From: Candidatus Omnitrophota bacterium
Lineage (GTDB): Bacteria; Omnitrophota; Gorgyraeia; Zapsychrales; JANLHA01
Length of the DNA: 57,811 nucleotides
Direction: 5' to 3'
Assembly: GCA_040753435.1 (NCBI GenBank)
Contig: JBFMEN010000071.1
Location: forward strand, 1-57,811
The position numbers were made by a program, and so were the translations under genes. Shown here in pieces: positions 38,186-48,932 of the stretch (position 1 is its first letter; the number at the start of each line of letters is the position of its first letter). The notes below the pieces were generated by a model. It saw nothing but the letters and a program-made list of their open reading frames with translations, searched no databases and was not told where the DNA came from.

Positions 38186-39349
38186 TTACGTTTGCGCTCT
38201 TTTTCCGAGCCAGATTTTTCGAAGCATGTGTCCGGTTGCAACCAGCATAATTCCCAATGCGAGTGACCCGACCGCGGAACCCAGTGTTGCCCAGAGATGA
38301 CTGAAGAAAATCGTGTACGTTGCGATGATCAAAAAAACAAGACCGTAATTGAAGAACAAGGCATCCTCGCTTTTCGCGCCGTAGCCCATGGACCCCAGGG
38401 CCGCCGAGATAAAAAGGATATTGGCAAACCAGAGTTCCGCCGCACCCGGGCTGTGCCATGAATTTACATCCTGGACCATTCCCCAGATCGACATCGTCCA
38501 CAACGCGAGAAACCCCATGAGCAGGCCGGTCCACTGCCAGGTCCGGCCGAAATATTCCTGGTACTCCTTTTTCCCGGCGAGAATGTGAATAAATCCGACC
38601 AGAATAAGAATGACGGCGGTAAACACCTGAAGCACGGGACGCGATATGCCGAGCCAGTAACACGCGTGCGTGTACCCGGAAAAACATCCAACGCTTAAAC
38701 CGATAAAATAAATCCCGAACAGCAAGGCGATCTGATCCTTGAGCCGGTAAGCGCTGAACAGATAAAACGCCACCGCGCAAAAATAAAAATACGGAACGAC
38801 CTTTGCCCCGGAGTAATAATAATATTTATCCGCAGGGAGCAGCAGATGGTTCAAGAAACTGAACGCGGCCCCGATCGCGATGTATCCCAAAACAAAAAAG
38901 ACCATGGCGGAACGCAGACTCGATTCCGCGAAATAATCAAGCTTCAGCCCGGCGAGATTTTCCTGCCTGCGCCGGCGGCTTCCGAGCCAGAAAAAAAAAC
39001 CCGCCACGATGAACGCAACCGCCGCGAAAAGCACAAAATTCGCATTGTCGCCAAGGTACTTTTCAAGCGTCTGGTAAACGTACTCGAAAAACGCGATCAG
39101 CGGGCGCAGAATCTGCCGCAAAAGATCCAGAATGTTTTTTAAAATTTGCGGATTGATCATTTTGACAAGAGCGATGAACCCGAAAAAGATCCAGAACGCG
39201 CCGATGATAAAAAGCCATTTGATCAGACGAAGAAGCTGAATACGGCGCCGCTCTTTCATGAACAGGAATATCTCTTCCTTCTGCTGGTCCGAGATAAGAT
39301 CGTGATTCGCCCACAGGTTTAACAGCTTTTTCACCATTCCGAGTTTCAT
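38186..39349 (-). CDS. DUF2157-like integral membrane protein
   Basis: N-terminal W...LISDQQKEEI followed by many TM helices. Confidence 0.65.
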   Translation of the reverse strand: MKLGMVKKLLNLWANHDLISDQQKEEIFLFMKERRRIQLLRLIKWLFIIGAFWIFFGFIALVKMINPQILKNILDLLRQILRPLIAFFEYVYQTLEKYLGDNANFVLFAAVAFIVAGFFFWLGSRRRRQENLAGLKLDYFAESSLRSAMVFFVLGYIAIGAAFSFLNHLLLPADKYYYYSGAKVVPYFYFCAVAFYLFSAYRLKDQIALLFGIYFIGLSVGCFSGYTHACYWLGISRPVLQVFTAVILILVGFIHILAGKKEYQEYFGRTWQWTGLLMGFLALWTMSIWGMVQDVNSWHSPGAAELWFANILFISAALGSMGYGAKSEDALFFNYGLVFLIIATYTIFFSHLWATLGSAVGSLALGIMLVATGHMLRKIWLGKRAQT

Positions 39350-39404
39350 GTAAACTCCTTTTTAACCAATGGAGGCAACCATGGCGGTCGTCTCTTCACC
39401 GGCG

Positions 39405-40454
39405 TCATTTAAATACTCTTCTGAAAATCTCCAGCGCGCTCACCAAAACGCTTGCCAGTACCGGCCCGAGGATGATCCCGGCCATGCCGAAGGTGGTGAG
39501 TCCGCCGAGGATACTCAACAAAATATAAATTTCCGGCACGTGAACGTCGCGGCCGATAATAAGCGGGCGCAAAAAATTATCCGTGAGTCCGATGGGAACC
39601 ATGCCCCAGATGGTCAGGACTGCCGCCCCCGCCCACTGCCCGGAGATGCCCAGATAAATCACAGCGGGAATCCATACCATCGAGGCCCCGATACCAGGAA
39701 TAACGGCCGCCAACGCCACGATAAAACCCCAGAACACCGGCCCGGGAATATTGAAAAACCAAAACCCGAGCGCCAGGAGCGCCCCCTGGATCACCCCGAT
39801 CACGAACAGGCTTTTGATCGTAGAGCGCATAATGAGAATTCCTTTATCGATCGTGCCGTGAATCTCTTCATCCGTCAAAGGGATGTATCCCTTGGCCGTT
39901 TCGAGCATCCGGTCCCCATCCCTTAAAAAGAAAAAGGCCGCGTACAGCCCGACGAATAATTTAAAAACAAACCCGAGTGCCCCGAACGCCGCCTCGGAAA
40001 AAAACCTGGAAAATTGTTTCGCCGCCGCCTGGAGCAGTTGGGAAAAGCCTTCAGTGATCTTAAACTGAAACGGCCTGAGCGCCCTGATCAGGGGAAGATC
40101 TTCGATAAAGCCAAGCCCCTCCCTGACAGGCTGATTGATGTTTTGCTGGATGTAGGGGATCATATTTTCGGAAATCTGGACGGCCTGTCGTGCGGCCACG
40201 GTCAGAAACGCCGTCAAAGGAATGATGATCACGAAGAAAGCGAGGAGCATGACAATGATGGTCGCGAACGAGCCGTTGAGCTTAAACCGCCGCTGCAGCC
40301 TCACCCTTAAGGGGAACATCAGCCCGCTGAAGGTCGCGGCCAGCACGGTCGTCACGATGAGGTCGTTGATCATGAACAAAAACAGGGCGGACAAAATAAA
40401 CAAGGCGCCCAGCACAAACCACTTGCGGTAAATTTTCTTCTGGTCATCTCTCAT
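39405..40454 (-). CDS. AI-2E family transporter
   Basis: FFFLRDG, IPGIGASMVWIP, DNFLRP, GGLTTFGMAGIILGP; GGAGGTG RBS. Confidence 0.9.
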   Translation of the reverse strand: MRDDQKKIYRKWFVLGALFILSALFLFMINDLIVTTVLAATFSGLMFPLRVRLQRRFKLNGSFATIIVMLLAFFVIIIPLTAFLTVAARQAVQISENMIPYIQQNINQPVREGLGFIEDLPLIRALRPFQFKITEGFSQLLQAAAKQFSRFFSEAAFGALGFVFKLFVGLYAAFFFLRDGDRMLETAKGYIPLTDEEIHGTIDKGILIMRSTIKSLFVIGVIQGALLALGFWFFNIPGPVFWGFIVALAAVIPGIGASMVWIPAVIYLGISGQWAGAAVLTIWGMVPIGLTDNFLRPLIIGRDVHVPEIYILLSILGGLTTFGMAGIILGPVLASVLVSALEIFRRVFK

Positions 40455-40561
40455 CTTCACCTCCGTCGCATCAACCAACCGCATAACTCACAAAACGATA
40501 ATAAGATTCCGGCGCAGACCTGTCAAGGACTGAATAGAGAGTTGCATTCAGCATCTCTGTA

Positions 40562-41299
40562 CTATTTTTGCTGTTTTGCAACAACCATCCAGTCCCACGG
40601 GTACGGAGCCTGCATCCACTTCGGCGGATCTTCATATTCCGTTTCCCACCCGTAACGGATTTTCTGAATGCCGAGGACCTCAAATCCGACCAGTTTTAAA
40701 AACGACAGCAGCTCTTCCTTTAAATAATGTTTAGTCATCACCCCGTCGATAGGAACGACACCGTGGCCTTTCTGAAAGGCCCCGGAAGAAAACCCGGAGC
40801 GTCCCAGCACTTCTTCCCGCAGTTTCCACTCGGTTAATTTATACGCCGCGTAATAATATGATTCGAGCGAGGGAACGACCAGGACCATCCGGCCGTTTGA
40901 TTTCAGACACGCCCGCATGACTTTAAGTATTTTAAGACGGGCGGACAATGAAGGCATGATCAGGACGTTGACGGAAACGATACAATCTGCGGCTGGGAGG
41001 CCGGCTCTCGGCCTGGCAAGATCCTCGAAGCGAAACTCGACATTGGGCAGCGAGCCATAACGTTCCCGCGAGACAGCCAGGCATTCGCGTGAGATGTCGA
41101 CGGCATAAACGTTTTTGAAACATTTCGACAGGGTCGGGATGCCGTGGCCGATCCCGCACCCGCAGTCTATTACAGTCTTAAGCCGGAAACTTTCATCATC
41201 AAAAAATTTCCGGAGGACCCCGTCAAGGTCACGAAGCCACACGTTAAAAATTTCTTCTTCATAAACGCCGGCCTTCGCATTCCAGTAGGCTGCATCCAT
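40562..41299 (-). CDS. Class I SAM-dependent methyltransferase
   Basis: VIDCGCGIG, AVDIS, LKSNGRMV. Confidence 0.85.
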   Translation of the reverse strand: MDAAYWNAKAGVYEEEIFNVWLRDLDGVLRKFFDDESFRLKTVIDCGCGIGHGIPTLSKCFKNVYAVDISRECLAVSRERYGSLPNVEFRFEDLARPRAGLPAADCIVSVNVLIMPSLSARLKILKVMRACLKSNGRMVLVVPSLESYYYAAYKLTEWKLREEVLGRSGFSSGAFQKGHGVVPIDGVMTKHYLKEELLSFLKLVGFEVLGIQKIRYGWETEYEDPPKWMQAPYPWDWMVVAKQQK

Positions 41300-41490
41300 C
41301 CGCGCCTCCTTTTGTAATAAACGCCAGATTCTGAAAACATTGAATTCCTGGAGATTAAAACATTATCTGTGTCATTCAGAATTTAGAGTTCAGTGCCTGG
41401 GAAATTCACAATACTTCTTCCAGTCAGATTTAATCACGATTCGGAAAAGACGGCAAGGCGTAAAAATATTTTTTGCGCTCATGATCAGAT

Positions 41491-42216
41491 TTATTCGAGG
41501 ACGGATCCGGAAAGCAATTCGCGCGCCCCGTTTTTGTCCTGGATATAGACCTCGGGAGGAAACTGAATCGATTTCGGAATCTGTTTTTCGATTACATTTT
41601 TCAACCGCTCCTGCTGCTGCGCATCGCCGGGATCAAACAGCGGAGCCTGGCTCAGGTCATTTAAAATCAGGATCCCCGGGTCGTGCGTGAATTCAAAATT
41701 CTTGATCAGCGGCTTCACCATCAGGTCGAGAAAACACGGCTGGTCTTTAAACACCTGGACCGCGGTCTTTAAAGTGATCTTTCCCCAGTCCACAACATTC
41801 AGGCTCTGAAGAATTCCGTACACCGACGAGTACCTGATCAGCCGCTTGTCCCCCGGCCTGCATTTGCGGGCATGATTGATCATCACCGTGGCGATCTCCT
41901 GATGATTGAAGGTCTTGACCTCCTGATGGATATCCATGGCAAGAAGATCGAATATAAATACGCCGCGGACATTTGCAGCAGCCTGGTCGACACTGCGCGC
42001 AATCAGGTCCGAAAAGGCCTCCCAAATAATGTCCTCATCTTTGCGGATCATGTCCAGAGACAAAATGCAGCAAGGCTGACCTTCATGAACAGCGCGATAT
42101 TTTCTCACCTTGCCCTCAAGGTAACCTTCATAGACGATCTCATCGAACAAGGGCATATGCGCGAACAAGCGCGAATGCTGGATACCTCCGTCGACAAGAT
42201 TCAAATTTGATGCCAT
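41491..42216 (-). CDS. Hypothetical protein
   Basis: 241-aa ORF with GAGGTG RBS, co-oriented directly after the pilin gene. Confidence 0.7.
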   Translation of the reverse strand: MASNLNLVDGGIQHSRLFAHMPLFDEIVYEGYLEGKVRKYRAVHEGQPCCILSLDMIRKDEDIIWEAFSDLIARSVDQAAANVRGVFIFDLLAMDIHQEVKTFNHQEIATVMINHARKCRPGDKRLIRYSSVYGILQSLNVVDWGKITLKTAVQVFKDQPCFLDLMVKPLIKNFEFTHDPGILILNDLSQAPLFDPGDAQQQERLKNVIEKQIPKSIQFPPEVYIQDKNGARELLSGSVLE

Positions 42217-42234
42217 GTTTTCACCTCGGTTTAT

Positions 42235-42729
42235 TTAAGGGGATGGACAGTTGGGCACGGTCAGACAGGAATTCGGCAAACCGCAGCAAGGATGGTTTTC
42301 ATCAAACGGCAGTGCGCTGACGAAGTTAAGACTGAAATAATCCGATTGACGGGAGCCATAACACGCAAAGTCAGAAACCGGGAGAGTGGTGCCATCGAAC
42401 GAGCACTCTCCGCAGCATGCATAGTCAAAGTTCTGTTCCGGCTGAATATTAAGGTTTAAATTTGCATTGATCTCTTCGAGATTACACCAGGCAGCGCTGG
42501 CGCAGTTCCACCCGTCAATGTGCGACGGCCAGTAATGACCGTGTTTTGCGCGATAAATTTCATTGGCATTACGTATCAATTCCAGATTAAACCTGGTCCT
42601 TTCTTCAAGTTTTCTCGTCAGCAGCTTTGTATAATTAACATAAGCCACGCCTGCGGAAACAGATAAAATGACAACGACGATGAGAATCTCCATTAACGTG
42701 AATCCGGATTTCAGCTTAAAAACTTTCAT
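42235..42729 (-). CDS. Type IV pilin/pseudopilin with Cys-rich C-terminus
   Basis: Prepilin site KSG|FTLMEILIVVVIL; nine Cys in the globular part; GGAGGG RBS. Confidence 0.88.
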   Translation of the reverse strand: MKVFKLKSGFTLMEILIVVVILSVSAGVAYVNYTKLLTRKLEERTRFNLELIRNANEIYRAKHGHYWPSHIDGWNCASAAWCNLEEINANLNLNIQPEQNFDYACCGECSFDGTTLPVSDFACYGSRQSDYFSLNFVSALPFDENHPCCGLPNSCLTVPNCPSP

Positions 42730-42827
42730 AAACGCCCTCCTGGAATTTAACAAAGGCTGGCTGGAACACATAACGCCTCGTTAGCAAAAACTTATCATTA
42801 AAACATAAAAAAAACAACTGCGAATAA

Positions 42828-43391
42828 TCAAATCTGAAGCCCGCCCTGCTCCCTCAACAAATGGACCGCCTGTGTAAAGTCGCGAAGCCCTGCCGAATCC
42901 TGCTGATTCGAGCGGATGTATCTTGCGGGATGAAAAATGCCTGTTAATGGCTTCCCGTCACGGCGGCTTACCCTCCCCATCAAGTCCCTGGTCCGCATCT
43001 TTGCAAGAGCCCACGTCGCGCTGTCTCCTAACGTTAAAATGCAGCGCGGATCCGCTTCCCTGATCACCCAGTCTGCGAAAAAAATAAAATATTCAAGCTC
43101 GTTCTTCCGCGGCCCGCGAATTTTGCCGCGCTCATCTACAGGCATCAGGGGGATGACGTTGCTGATGTAGAAATCGTCGACCCCGGCAGCGCCAAGCCAT
43201 TTGTCCAGGACCCTGCCCGCCCGGCCAACAAAAGGAAGGCCCTGCCGGTTTTCCTGTTTACCCGGCGCCTCGCCCAGGATCAGGAATTCGGGCTTGTGAG
43301 AATTCCCTCTGCCGACCACGATCTGTTTGTTTTCATCAAACAATGGATGAGCGGTTATCTTTTTTAAAATACGCGCTGGCGTTCTCTTCAT
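42828..43391 (-). CDS. Uracil-DNA glycosylase superfamily protein (family 4-like, no Fe-S cysteines)
   Basis: GEAPG..E...G.PFVGRAG, YISNV, TLG, FHPA. Confidence 0.85.
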   Translation of the reverse strand: MKRTPARILKKITAHPLFDENKQIVVGRGNSHKPEFLILGEAPGKQENRQGLPFVGRAGRVLDKWLGAAGVDDFYISNVIPLMPVDERGKIRGPRKNELEYFIFFADWVIREADPRCILTLGDSATWALAKMRTRDLMGRVSRRDGKPLTGIFHPARYIRSNQQDSAGLRDFTQAVHLLREQGGLQI

Positions 43392-43445
43392 AATTTTTAA
43401 TCTGATTTTCGATCTTCCCTTCCCGCCATTCGCTGTTCACGACAA

Positions 43446-43853
43446 TTAAGCGGCATTAATCTCAAACTTGCACGCCTTAAAAACCATGACGTTGGGAAGA
43501 AATTCACTGAAAAGCTCAATGACCTTTTCATTGTCGTCGAAGAAAATATTAATATCATGTTCGGCACAGTATTCGATCTTCTGCCACAGCCATTTTTTGT
43601 CCGGATCAAGTTCCTGGTGCGGACAGATGTCTGCCATTTCCTCGAGCGAATGCCTGAAAAAACCGAACTTGTCAATGCGGATACCGTACGCATCAAGTCC
43701 GCGCATGGTATTGTCCCGCGATTCTTTCGTATCGGGCCGGGAAGAAACAAGATGCGAAGTGCCCCCCGCTTCCCTGACTGCCCCGGTCAGCACCCGAAAG
43801 AATTCAGGAGAACGTGTTATCGTGTCATCATAATCAAGGCCGAGATTGAACAT
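43446..43853 (-). CDS. Small capless HAD-superfamily phosphatase
   Basis: GLDYDDT (motif I), VSSR (II), K (III), FFDDN (IV). Confidence 0.75.
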   Translation of the reverse strand: MFNLGLDYDDTITRSPEFFRVLTGAVREAGGTSHLVSSRPDTKESRDNTMRGLDAYGIRIDKFGFFRHSLEEMADICPHQELDPDKKWLWQKIEYCAEHDINIFFDDNEKVIELFSEFLPNVMVFKACKFEINAA

Positions 43854-43872
43854 AAACTTTCACTTTTCATTA

Positions 43873-44529
43873 TCACATTTCATATTCAAATCCATCATAC
43901 GCGACAATCAGCTCCATGTCGACAGACAAACTCCGTAATTTTTTTCTGGCAGCTCTGATGTCTTTGTAAAACCACGAGCCGAAATGCATAAAAATGATCC
44001 GCCTGCTGAATTTACCGAGCAGCCTCACCAGATCGGGAATGCCCTGGTGACCATAGATGCGGCCCGTGCTTTTGTCTTTGCGGATCATTCCGCCCTTGCG
44101 CATAAAGCTTGCTTCGGTGATCACAAGGTCGAGATCTTTTAAAAGATGATGATATTTCTTGTCGATCCACACCAAATCGCCGGTGTAAAAGACGCGCCGG
44201 CTTCCCTTTTGAACAAGGTAGGCCTGCGAATCAACTCGGAGACTGTGCCGGGTGGGAACAGGTCTGATGGTGTATTCACCGAATTGTTTCTCGTCATGAA
44301 AATTTCCGGGATAATAATAGAATCTTCCCGGATCCTCATTTTTCCTGACGAAAAAAGCATGGTCCGGGTGCAGATGGGTAATAAAGATTTCCATGGGGTT
44401 AAGCCTGAGATATTCTCTTTCACCTAAATCAAAAAGTAACTTTTTATCGATCAGCACGCCTGAATGGCGGGAATGGTACGGTTTGGATTCATCAATCTCG
44501 CCCCGGGTTCCAAGAATTTTTATTTGCAT
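43873..44529 (-). CDS. Metallo-beta-lactamase-fold hydrolase (PhnP/RNase Z-like)
   Basis: ILGTRG, DLGE, THLHPDH, HS, YTGD, GHQ, MHF, AYDG. Confidence 0.85.
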   Translation of the reverse strand: MQIKILGTRGEIDESKPYHSRHSGVLIDKKLLFDLGEREYLRLNPMEIFITHLHPDHAFFVRKNEDPGRFYYYPGNFHDEKQFGEYTIRPVPTRHSLRVDSQAYLVQKGSRRVFYTGDLVWIDKKYHHLLKDLDLVITEASFMRKGGMIRKDKSTGRIYGHQGIPDLVRLLGKFSRRIIFMHFGSWFYKDIRAARKKLRSLSVDMELIVAYDGFEYEM

Positions 44530-44563
44530 ATTATATGTCCCTGTTCATTTCTGCCGGGCGCAC

Positions 44564-44602
44564 CAAAAAAAAGGTGACGGCCTTGAGATCCGTCACCTTT
44601 TT
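44564..44602. terminator. Intrinsic terminator hairpin after the PEP-CTERM gene
   Basis: AAAAAGGTGACGG-CCTTGAGAT-CCGTCACCTTTTT. Confidence 0.8.
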
Positions 44603-44628
44603 ACCAGCCCGCTGGCTGCAAAATCAGT

Positions 44629-45294
44629 TTATTTCTTTCTTCTCACAATGCCCATCCCGAGCATTCCCGCGCTTAACAAAGCCACAGTCATGGGTTCGGG
44701 AACAACGGACTGGCCGTCATCGATCCGGACATTGTCAAATGTCTGCACCGAAAAATCATACAGGCCCGCATATCCTGAACTGAACATGGAGGTGGTCAGC
44801 GTTGTCACCGGGGTGTCCGATCCGTTCACATACGCTTTGTAATCATTGCCGGAAACGACAACTTTAATATGGGCGTTGCTTCCCAGCAATCCCGAATAAC
44901 TCGCGTAATTTATACCGGCAGAGTAGCTGTCATTTGACAAAATATGCCAGTAAAAACCGTTAAAAGTCCCGCCGAATCCGCCGGTCACCAGAAGGACCCC
45001 GCTGACCCCGGAGTTGTAGGAACTGCGCAGCCACAAACCGCCGTCCCTGACATTGTTGACGTCCACATCCATGACAAAATCAGTCAGCAATCCTGTTTGC
45101 GCGCTGGAATATGTGGGCGGAACATTATCGGGCGAACCCGCGTTGTAAACCCCTCCGGCCGCACTCCAGTTGCCCCGCTCATTTCCCCACTGCGAACTCC
45201 CCGCGGAGAAATCGTCAAAGAAAACCAATGCATGGGCGGACGGAGCGGTCGCGAGCAGTAACGCCGCGAACAGTAAAAACCATCGACATTTCAT
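44629..45294 (-). CDS. PEP-CTERM surface protein (lectin/DUF1080-like beta-sandwich)
   Basis: Signal AHA-L; FFDDFS...FDNVRI; VPEPMTVALLSAGMLGMGIVRRKK. Confidence 0.88.
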   Translation of the reverse strand: MKCRWFLLFAALLLATAPSAHALVFFDDFSAGSSQWGNERGNWSAAGGVYNAGSPDNVPPTYSSAQTGLLTDFVMDVDVNNVRDGGLWLRSSYNSGVSGVLLVTGGFGGTFNGFYWHILSNDSYSAGINYASYSGLLGSNAHIKVVVSGNDYKAYVNGSDTPVTTLTTSMFSSGYAGLYDFSVQTFDNVRIDDGQSVVPEPMTVALLSAGMLGMGIVRRKK

Positions 45295-45603
45295 ATCTCC
45301 CCTCCAATGTATGAGATGAAAAATAATTTGACAGTAAAATCAAGGCTGGAATGATACCCGAAAGTATATATTCTAAAATATAATAAATCAATGGGACAGC
45401 CATGGACGAAGGCGTACAAACAGGGACAAAAACAGTAAGGCACCGCAATCCCTGCTGCCGGCAAAGACGCAGCCCGTTTTGGCAGGAATCTCGCCCTTTA
45501 GGGAATTGCCTCCATTCTTTGTGACTTTTTCATGGCTTTTTCCAAAAATTGACAATTTTTTTACATAATAAAATATTGCCTAAAAAAGAGACCCGGAGAT
45601 GCG

Positions 45604-46392
45604 TCACTTAACAAAAATGTCGTTGCGCAAAACCCCGTATTTAGTGAAACAAACCCGTGCGGTCATCAATATAGTTAACACCACGCTGATCGCCGTGCTG
45701 ACAACGATACCGATCATAATCATGATTTGATATTTAATCGCAACGTCCGGACTTGCCCCTCCGAGAATTACACCTGTCATCATCCCCGGCAGCGCGACAA
45801 TGCCCATGGTAGCCATGGCTGCGACCGTCGGCTTCAAAGCCAGGCTCACGCTCTCCTGAAAATAAGGAAGCATCGCCTCCCGATGCGAAGCCCCTAACGA
45901 TAACAAATACAGGAATCTCCTGTTATCTTTTTGTATGCTTTTGTAAAAAGAATCTATCCCGACGATATTCCCCCTCAAAGAATTTCCCAGAAGCATTCCG
46001 CCAAGCACAACAAGATAACGCGCGTCAAAAACATAATCGAGCCTGATCACAAAAACGTTGAGATAAAAAACAACCGCAAACGTTGCCAGCAAAAATGAAA
46101 TAAAGCCCGGCACAAGAACCGTTTTTGGCCGCATGGATGAGCCGTGAATCGCAGAGAATACAGCGACAAGAATCATGACGGTAAGCCACGACAGATTAAG
46201 AAAAATATTGTTCCATAAAAAAAGATACTTGAGGAACAGGCCGGCAAGAAAAAGCTGGACGGACATTCTGGCAATAGAAATGAAAAGCGGCCTGACAAGC
46301 CCAAGCCGGTAAACGCGGCTTAAGAATACCGGGGCCGCCAGCAGGAGAAACGAGATCGTCAGAGCAGCAATTGATATGTCTACCGTTTCCAT
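45604..46392 (-). CDS. fetB: FetB/UPF0014 ABC permease
   Basis: RMSVQL, RYLVVLGGMLLGN, GIVALPGMMTGVILGG.SP..AIKYQI. Confidence 0.85.
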   Translation of the reverse strand: METVDISIAALTISFLLLAAPVFLSRVYRLGLVRPLFISIARMSVQLFLAGLFLKYLFLWNNIFLNLSWLTVMILVAVFSAIHGSSMRPKTVLVPGFISFLLATFAVVFYLNVFVIRLDYVFDARYLVVLGGMLLGNSLRGNIVGIDSFYKSIQKDNRRFLYLLSLGASHREAMLPYFQESVSLALKPTVAAMATMGIVALPGMMTGVILGGASPDVAIKYQIMIMIGIVVSTAISVVLTILMTARVCFTKYGVLRNDIFVK

Positions 46393-47018
46393 TTCCCCTC
46401 CTCCAGGTCAAAGATCTTCACGAAAGGGCGGCCAGTCCAGACAGGATCATGAGAGATTGCCACAACGGTCCAGTCTTTCCTTAAAAGAAAAAAATCGGAA
46501 ACTTTCGCTTTGAGATCTTTATCCAGAGCCGATGTCGCCTCATCAAGAAGAAAAACTTTTCTGTTCGTTAAAACAGCCGCAACAATCGCGAATCTCTGCC
46601 TCTCTCCGCCGGATAATTCCGATATGTCCTTGTTCAGCAAATCCTGCTCCAGATCAAACAACCGCATGGTCCCGATAATCCTGTCTCTGCTGAAATCCAG
46701 AGCGGCATTGGCCCTGAATTTTGAAATCAAAGAAAACCATTCAAAAACCTTGCCCCTCCCCAGGCTCACATCCTGATCGACAAAGGCTGTTCTCCGCCGG
46801 ACATCCCAGACTGTCTTTTCATCAACACAGGTTCCATCAAACAAAACCCGCCCTTCCCGGGGCCTGACAAAACCGAGAATCAATGAAAAAAGAGAGGATT
46901 TCCCGAGTCCAGACCTCCCGAGGATCACAGCCTTTTCGCCTTTATTAATCTCCATCGAAAAATCTTTAAAAACAGGCTGGCCATTATAACTTAATGTGAT
47001 GTCTTCAAACTTTATCAT
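46380..47018 (-). CDS. fetA: ABC ATPase partner of FetB
   Basis: GRSGLGKSS, LSGGERQR, LLDEATSALD; overlaps fetB. Confidence 0.75.
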   Translation of the reverse strand: MIKFEDITLSYNGQPVFKDFSMEINKGEKAVILGRSGLGKSSLFSLILGFVRPREGRVLFDGTCVDEKTVWDVRRRTAFVDQDVSLGRGKVFEWFSLISKFRANAALDFSRDRIIGTMRLFDLEQDLLNKDISELSGGERQRFAIVAAVLTNRKVFLLDEATSALDKDLKAKVSDFFLLRKDWTVVAISHDPVWTGRPFVKIFDLEEGKWKR

Positions 47019-47051
47019 ATTTAAGCCGATCTTTTTTCTCGCGCCCGTTTC

Positions 47052-48239
47052 CTAACTCTTATCAGTTGCAGCCTTCTCAAACCATTGTCTGGTATTCAGA
47101 CAAACTTTAACCAGCATCAGCATCACCGGAACTTCGATCAGAACGCCGACAACTGTTGCTAACGCCGCCCCTGATGACAGCCCGAAAAGCATGGTCGCTG
47201 TGGCGATCGCCACCTCAAAATGATTGCTGGCGCCGACCATTGCGCTGGGTGCGGCGTCTTCATATGTCAGCTTCATCTTTTTTGCCATCCAGTAAGTGAT
47301 CGCGAAAATAAAACATGTCTGAATGAACAACGGAATCGCGATCCAGAGAATAGTGAGCGGCCGGGTCAGAATAATTTCCCCCTTGAATGAAAAAAGCAGA
47401 ACCAGTGTAAACAACAGCGCCGAGATCGATACCGGCGTCAGAAGGGGAAGAAACTTTTCCTCAAACCACTCCGCTCCCCTGACAGCAAAAATCCATTGTC
47501 TTGAAAGGTAGCCTGCGACAAGCGGAAGCGCCACATAAATCGAAATGGATAAAAGCAATGCTTCCCAGGGAACAGGCATTTTCCCGACACCCAGAAGAAA
47601 CCCGCCCAGCACGCCGTAAAGCAGAAGCATGGTTAAAGAATTAATCGCGACCATCACAAGGGTATGTCCGTCGTTGCCTTTAGCCAGATATCCCCAGACC
47701 AGAACCATGGCCGTGCATGGCGCGATGCCCAAAAGAATGCACCCGGCGAAATAGCTTCTCCATAAAGGAACCTGCAGCATTCTGATCCCTTCGGACAACA
47801 CAACTTTTCCGGCGCCGTGCACTGATCCCACTGCCCAATCCGCTCCGGGAGGAAGCTTGACGAGGTCAATCGCTTCCGGCCCGATCAATCCTTTAAAAAT
47901 AATCCCTAAAAATAAAAAAGCGATCCCGTACATGGTAAACGGTTTAATCGCCCAATTGACAAACAACGTCAATCCTACCGGTTTGGGGGATTTCCCCGCC
48001 TTGACAACCTCAGTGAAATCGATCTTGACCATGATCGGATAGATCATAAAGAACAGACAAATCGCGATCGGAATGGAAACGACCGGAGCATTGTTGACAT
48101 AGATGGAAAGACCGTCGAGAAAACCGGCCGTTTCAGGAGCGGCTCTGCCAAGCAGAATTCCCGCCGCGATACACAGCAATACCCAGACCGTCAAATATCG
48201 CTCAAAACCCGACATCCCTTGCGCTGATTTTTTGTTCAT
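47052..48239 (-). CDS. acr3: Acr3 arsenite efflux transporter
   Basis: [48 protein letters not shown]. Confidence 0.95.
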   Translation of the reverse strand: MNKKSAQGMSGFERYLTVWVLLCIAAGILLGRAAPETAGFLDGLSIYVNNAPVVSIPIAICLFFMIYPIMVKIDFTEVVKAGKSPKPVGLTLFVNWAIKPFTMYGIAFLFLGIIFKGLIGPEAIDLVKLPPGADWAVGSVHGAGKVVLSEGIRMLQVPLWRSYFAGCILLGIAPCTAMVLVWGYLAKGNDGHTLVMVAINSLTMLLLYGVLGGFLLGVGKMPVPWEALLLSISIYVALPLVAGYLSRQWIFAVRGAEWFEEKFLPLLTPVSISALLFTLVLLFSFKGEIILTRPLTILWIAIPLFIQTCFIFAITYWMAKKMKLTYEDAAPSAMVGASNHFEVAIATATMLFGLSSGAALATVVGVLIEVPVMLMLVKVCLNTRQWFEKAATDKS

Positions 48240-48248
48240 TTTTTTCTC

Positions 48249-48932
48249 CTAATTAATAATCATCGGCACCAAATACGCCCATATATAATAAATCCCCGCA
48301 AAAACAAAAATAACCCCCGTTGCTTTTCTCATATACACTTCAATTTTTGCTGCTTTATTAAACCAGTGCGCCATGGAACGAACCCCAAGAGATATGCCGA
48401 CGGCGAATACCAGAACAGGCAGTCCGGTTCCGATTCCATAGATAAAAGGAAACACTATTCCTGCCCGGCTGCTTAACGCCAGCGGAATCAAACTGCCGAA
48501 AAACAACGCGGCTGATATCGGGCAGAATGATAAAGCGAAAACAAGTCCCAATAAAAAGGCCCCGAAAACCCCCGAGCCGGCAAGTTTCTTCTGGCGTTCG
48601 CCTGACAAGGAAAACCCGGTCACATTCAAACGCAAAAAATCCATCAAAAAGAGCCCGACAATAATCAGCAACGGGCCCAGCATTCTGTTCATGTGAGTCT
48701 GAAGGAAATTCGCCACAGACGGCACTCCGGCAAGTGATGAAATAATGACCGCTCCCAGAACCGTATAAGCCGTCACCCTGCCCAGCGTGTATGACAATCC
48801 GGACAGGAACACCAGGCGAGGGTGATCGATTTTTTTTGAAAGAAAAGAAACTGCCGCGATATTCGTAGCCAATGGACACGGGCTGATTGAAGCAAGGATC
48901 CCGAACCACAACGCTGATAATAATGCGATCAC
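48249..48932 (-). CDS. arsG: ArsG-family (CcdA/DsbD-like) permease
   Basis: ISPCPLATNIAA, YTLGR, FCPISAALFFG, GTGLPV; position in the ars operon. Confidence 0.75.
   Translation of the reverse strand: MIALLSALWFGILASISPCPLATNIAAVSFLSKKIDHPRLVFLSGLSYTLGRVTAYTVLGAVIISSLAGVPSVANFLQTHMNRMLGPLLIIVGLFLMDFLRLNVTGFSLSGERQKKLAGSGVFGAFLLGLVFALSFCPISAALFFGSLIPLALSSRAGIVFPFIYGIGTGLPVLVFAVGISLGVRSMAHWFNKAAKIEVYMRKATGVIFVFAGIYYIWAYLVPMIIN

Noticed and set aside
45300-45600. c-di-GMP riboswitch upstream of the PEP-CTERM gene
   Set aside because: The GGCAAA..GACGCA-like words are on the wrong strand and lack the P2 architecture.
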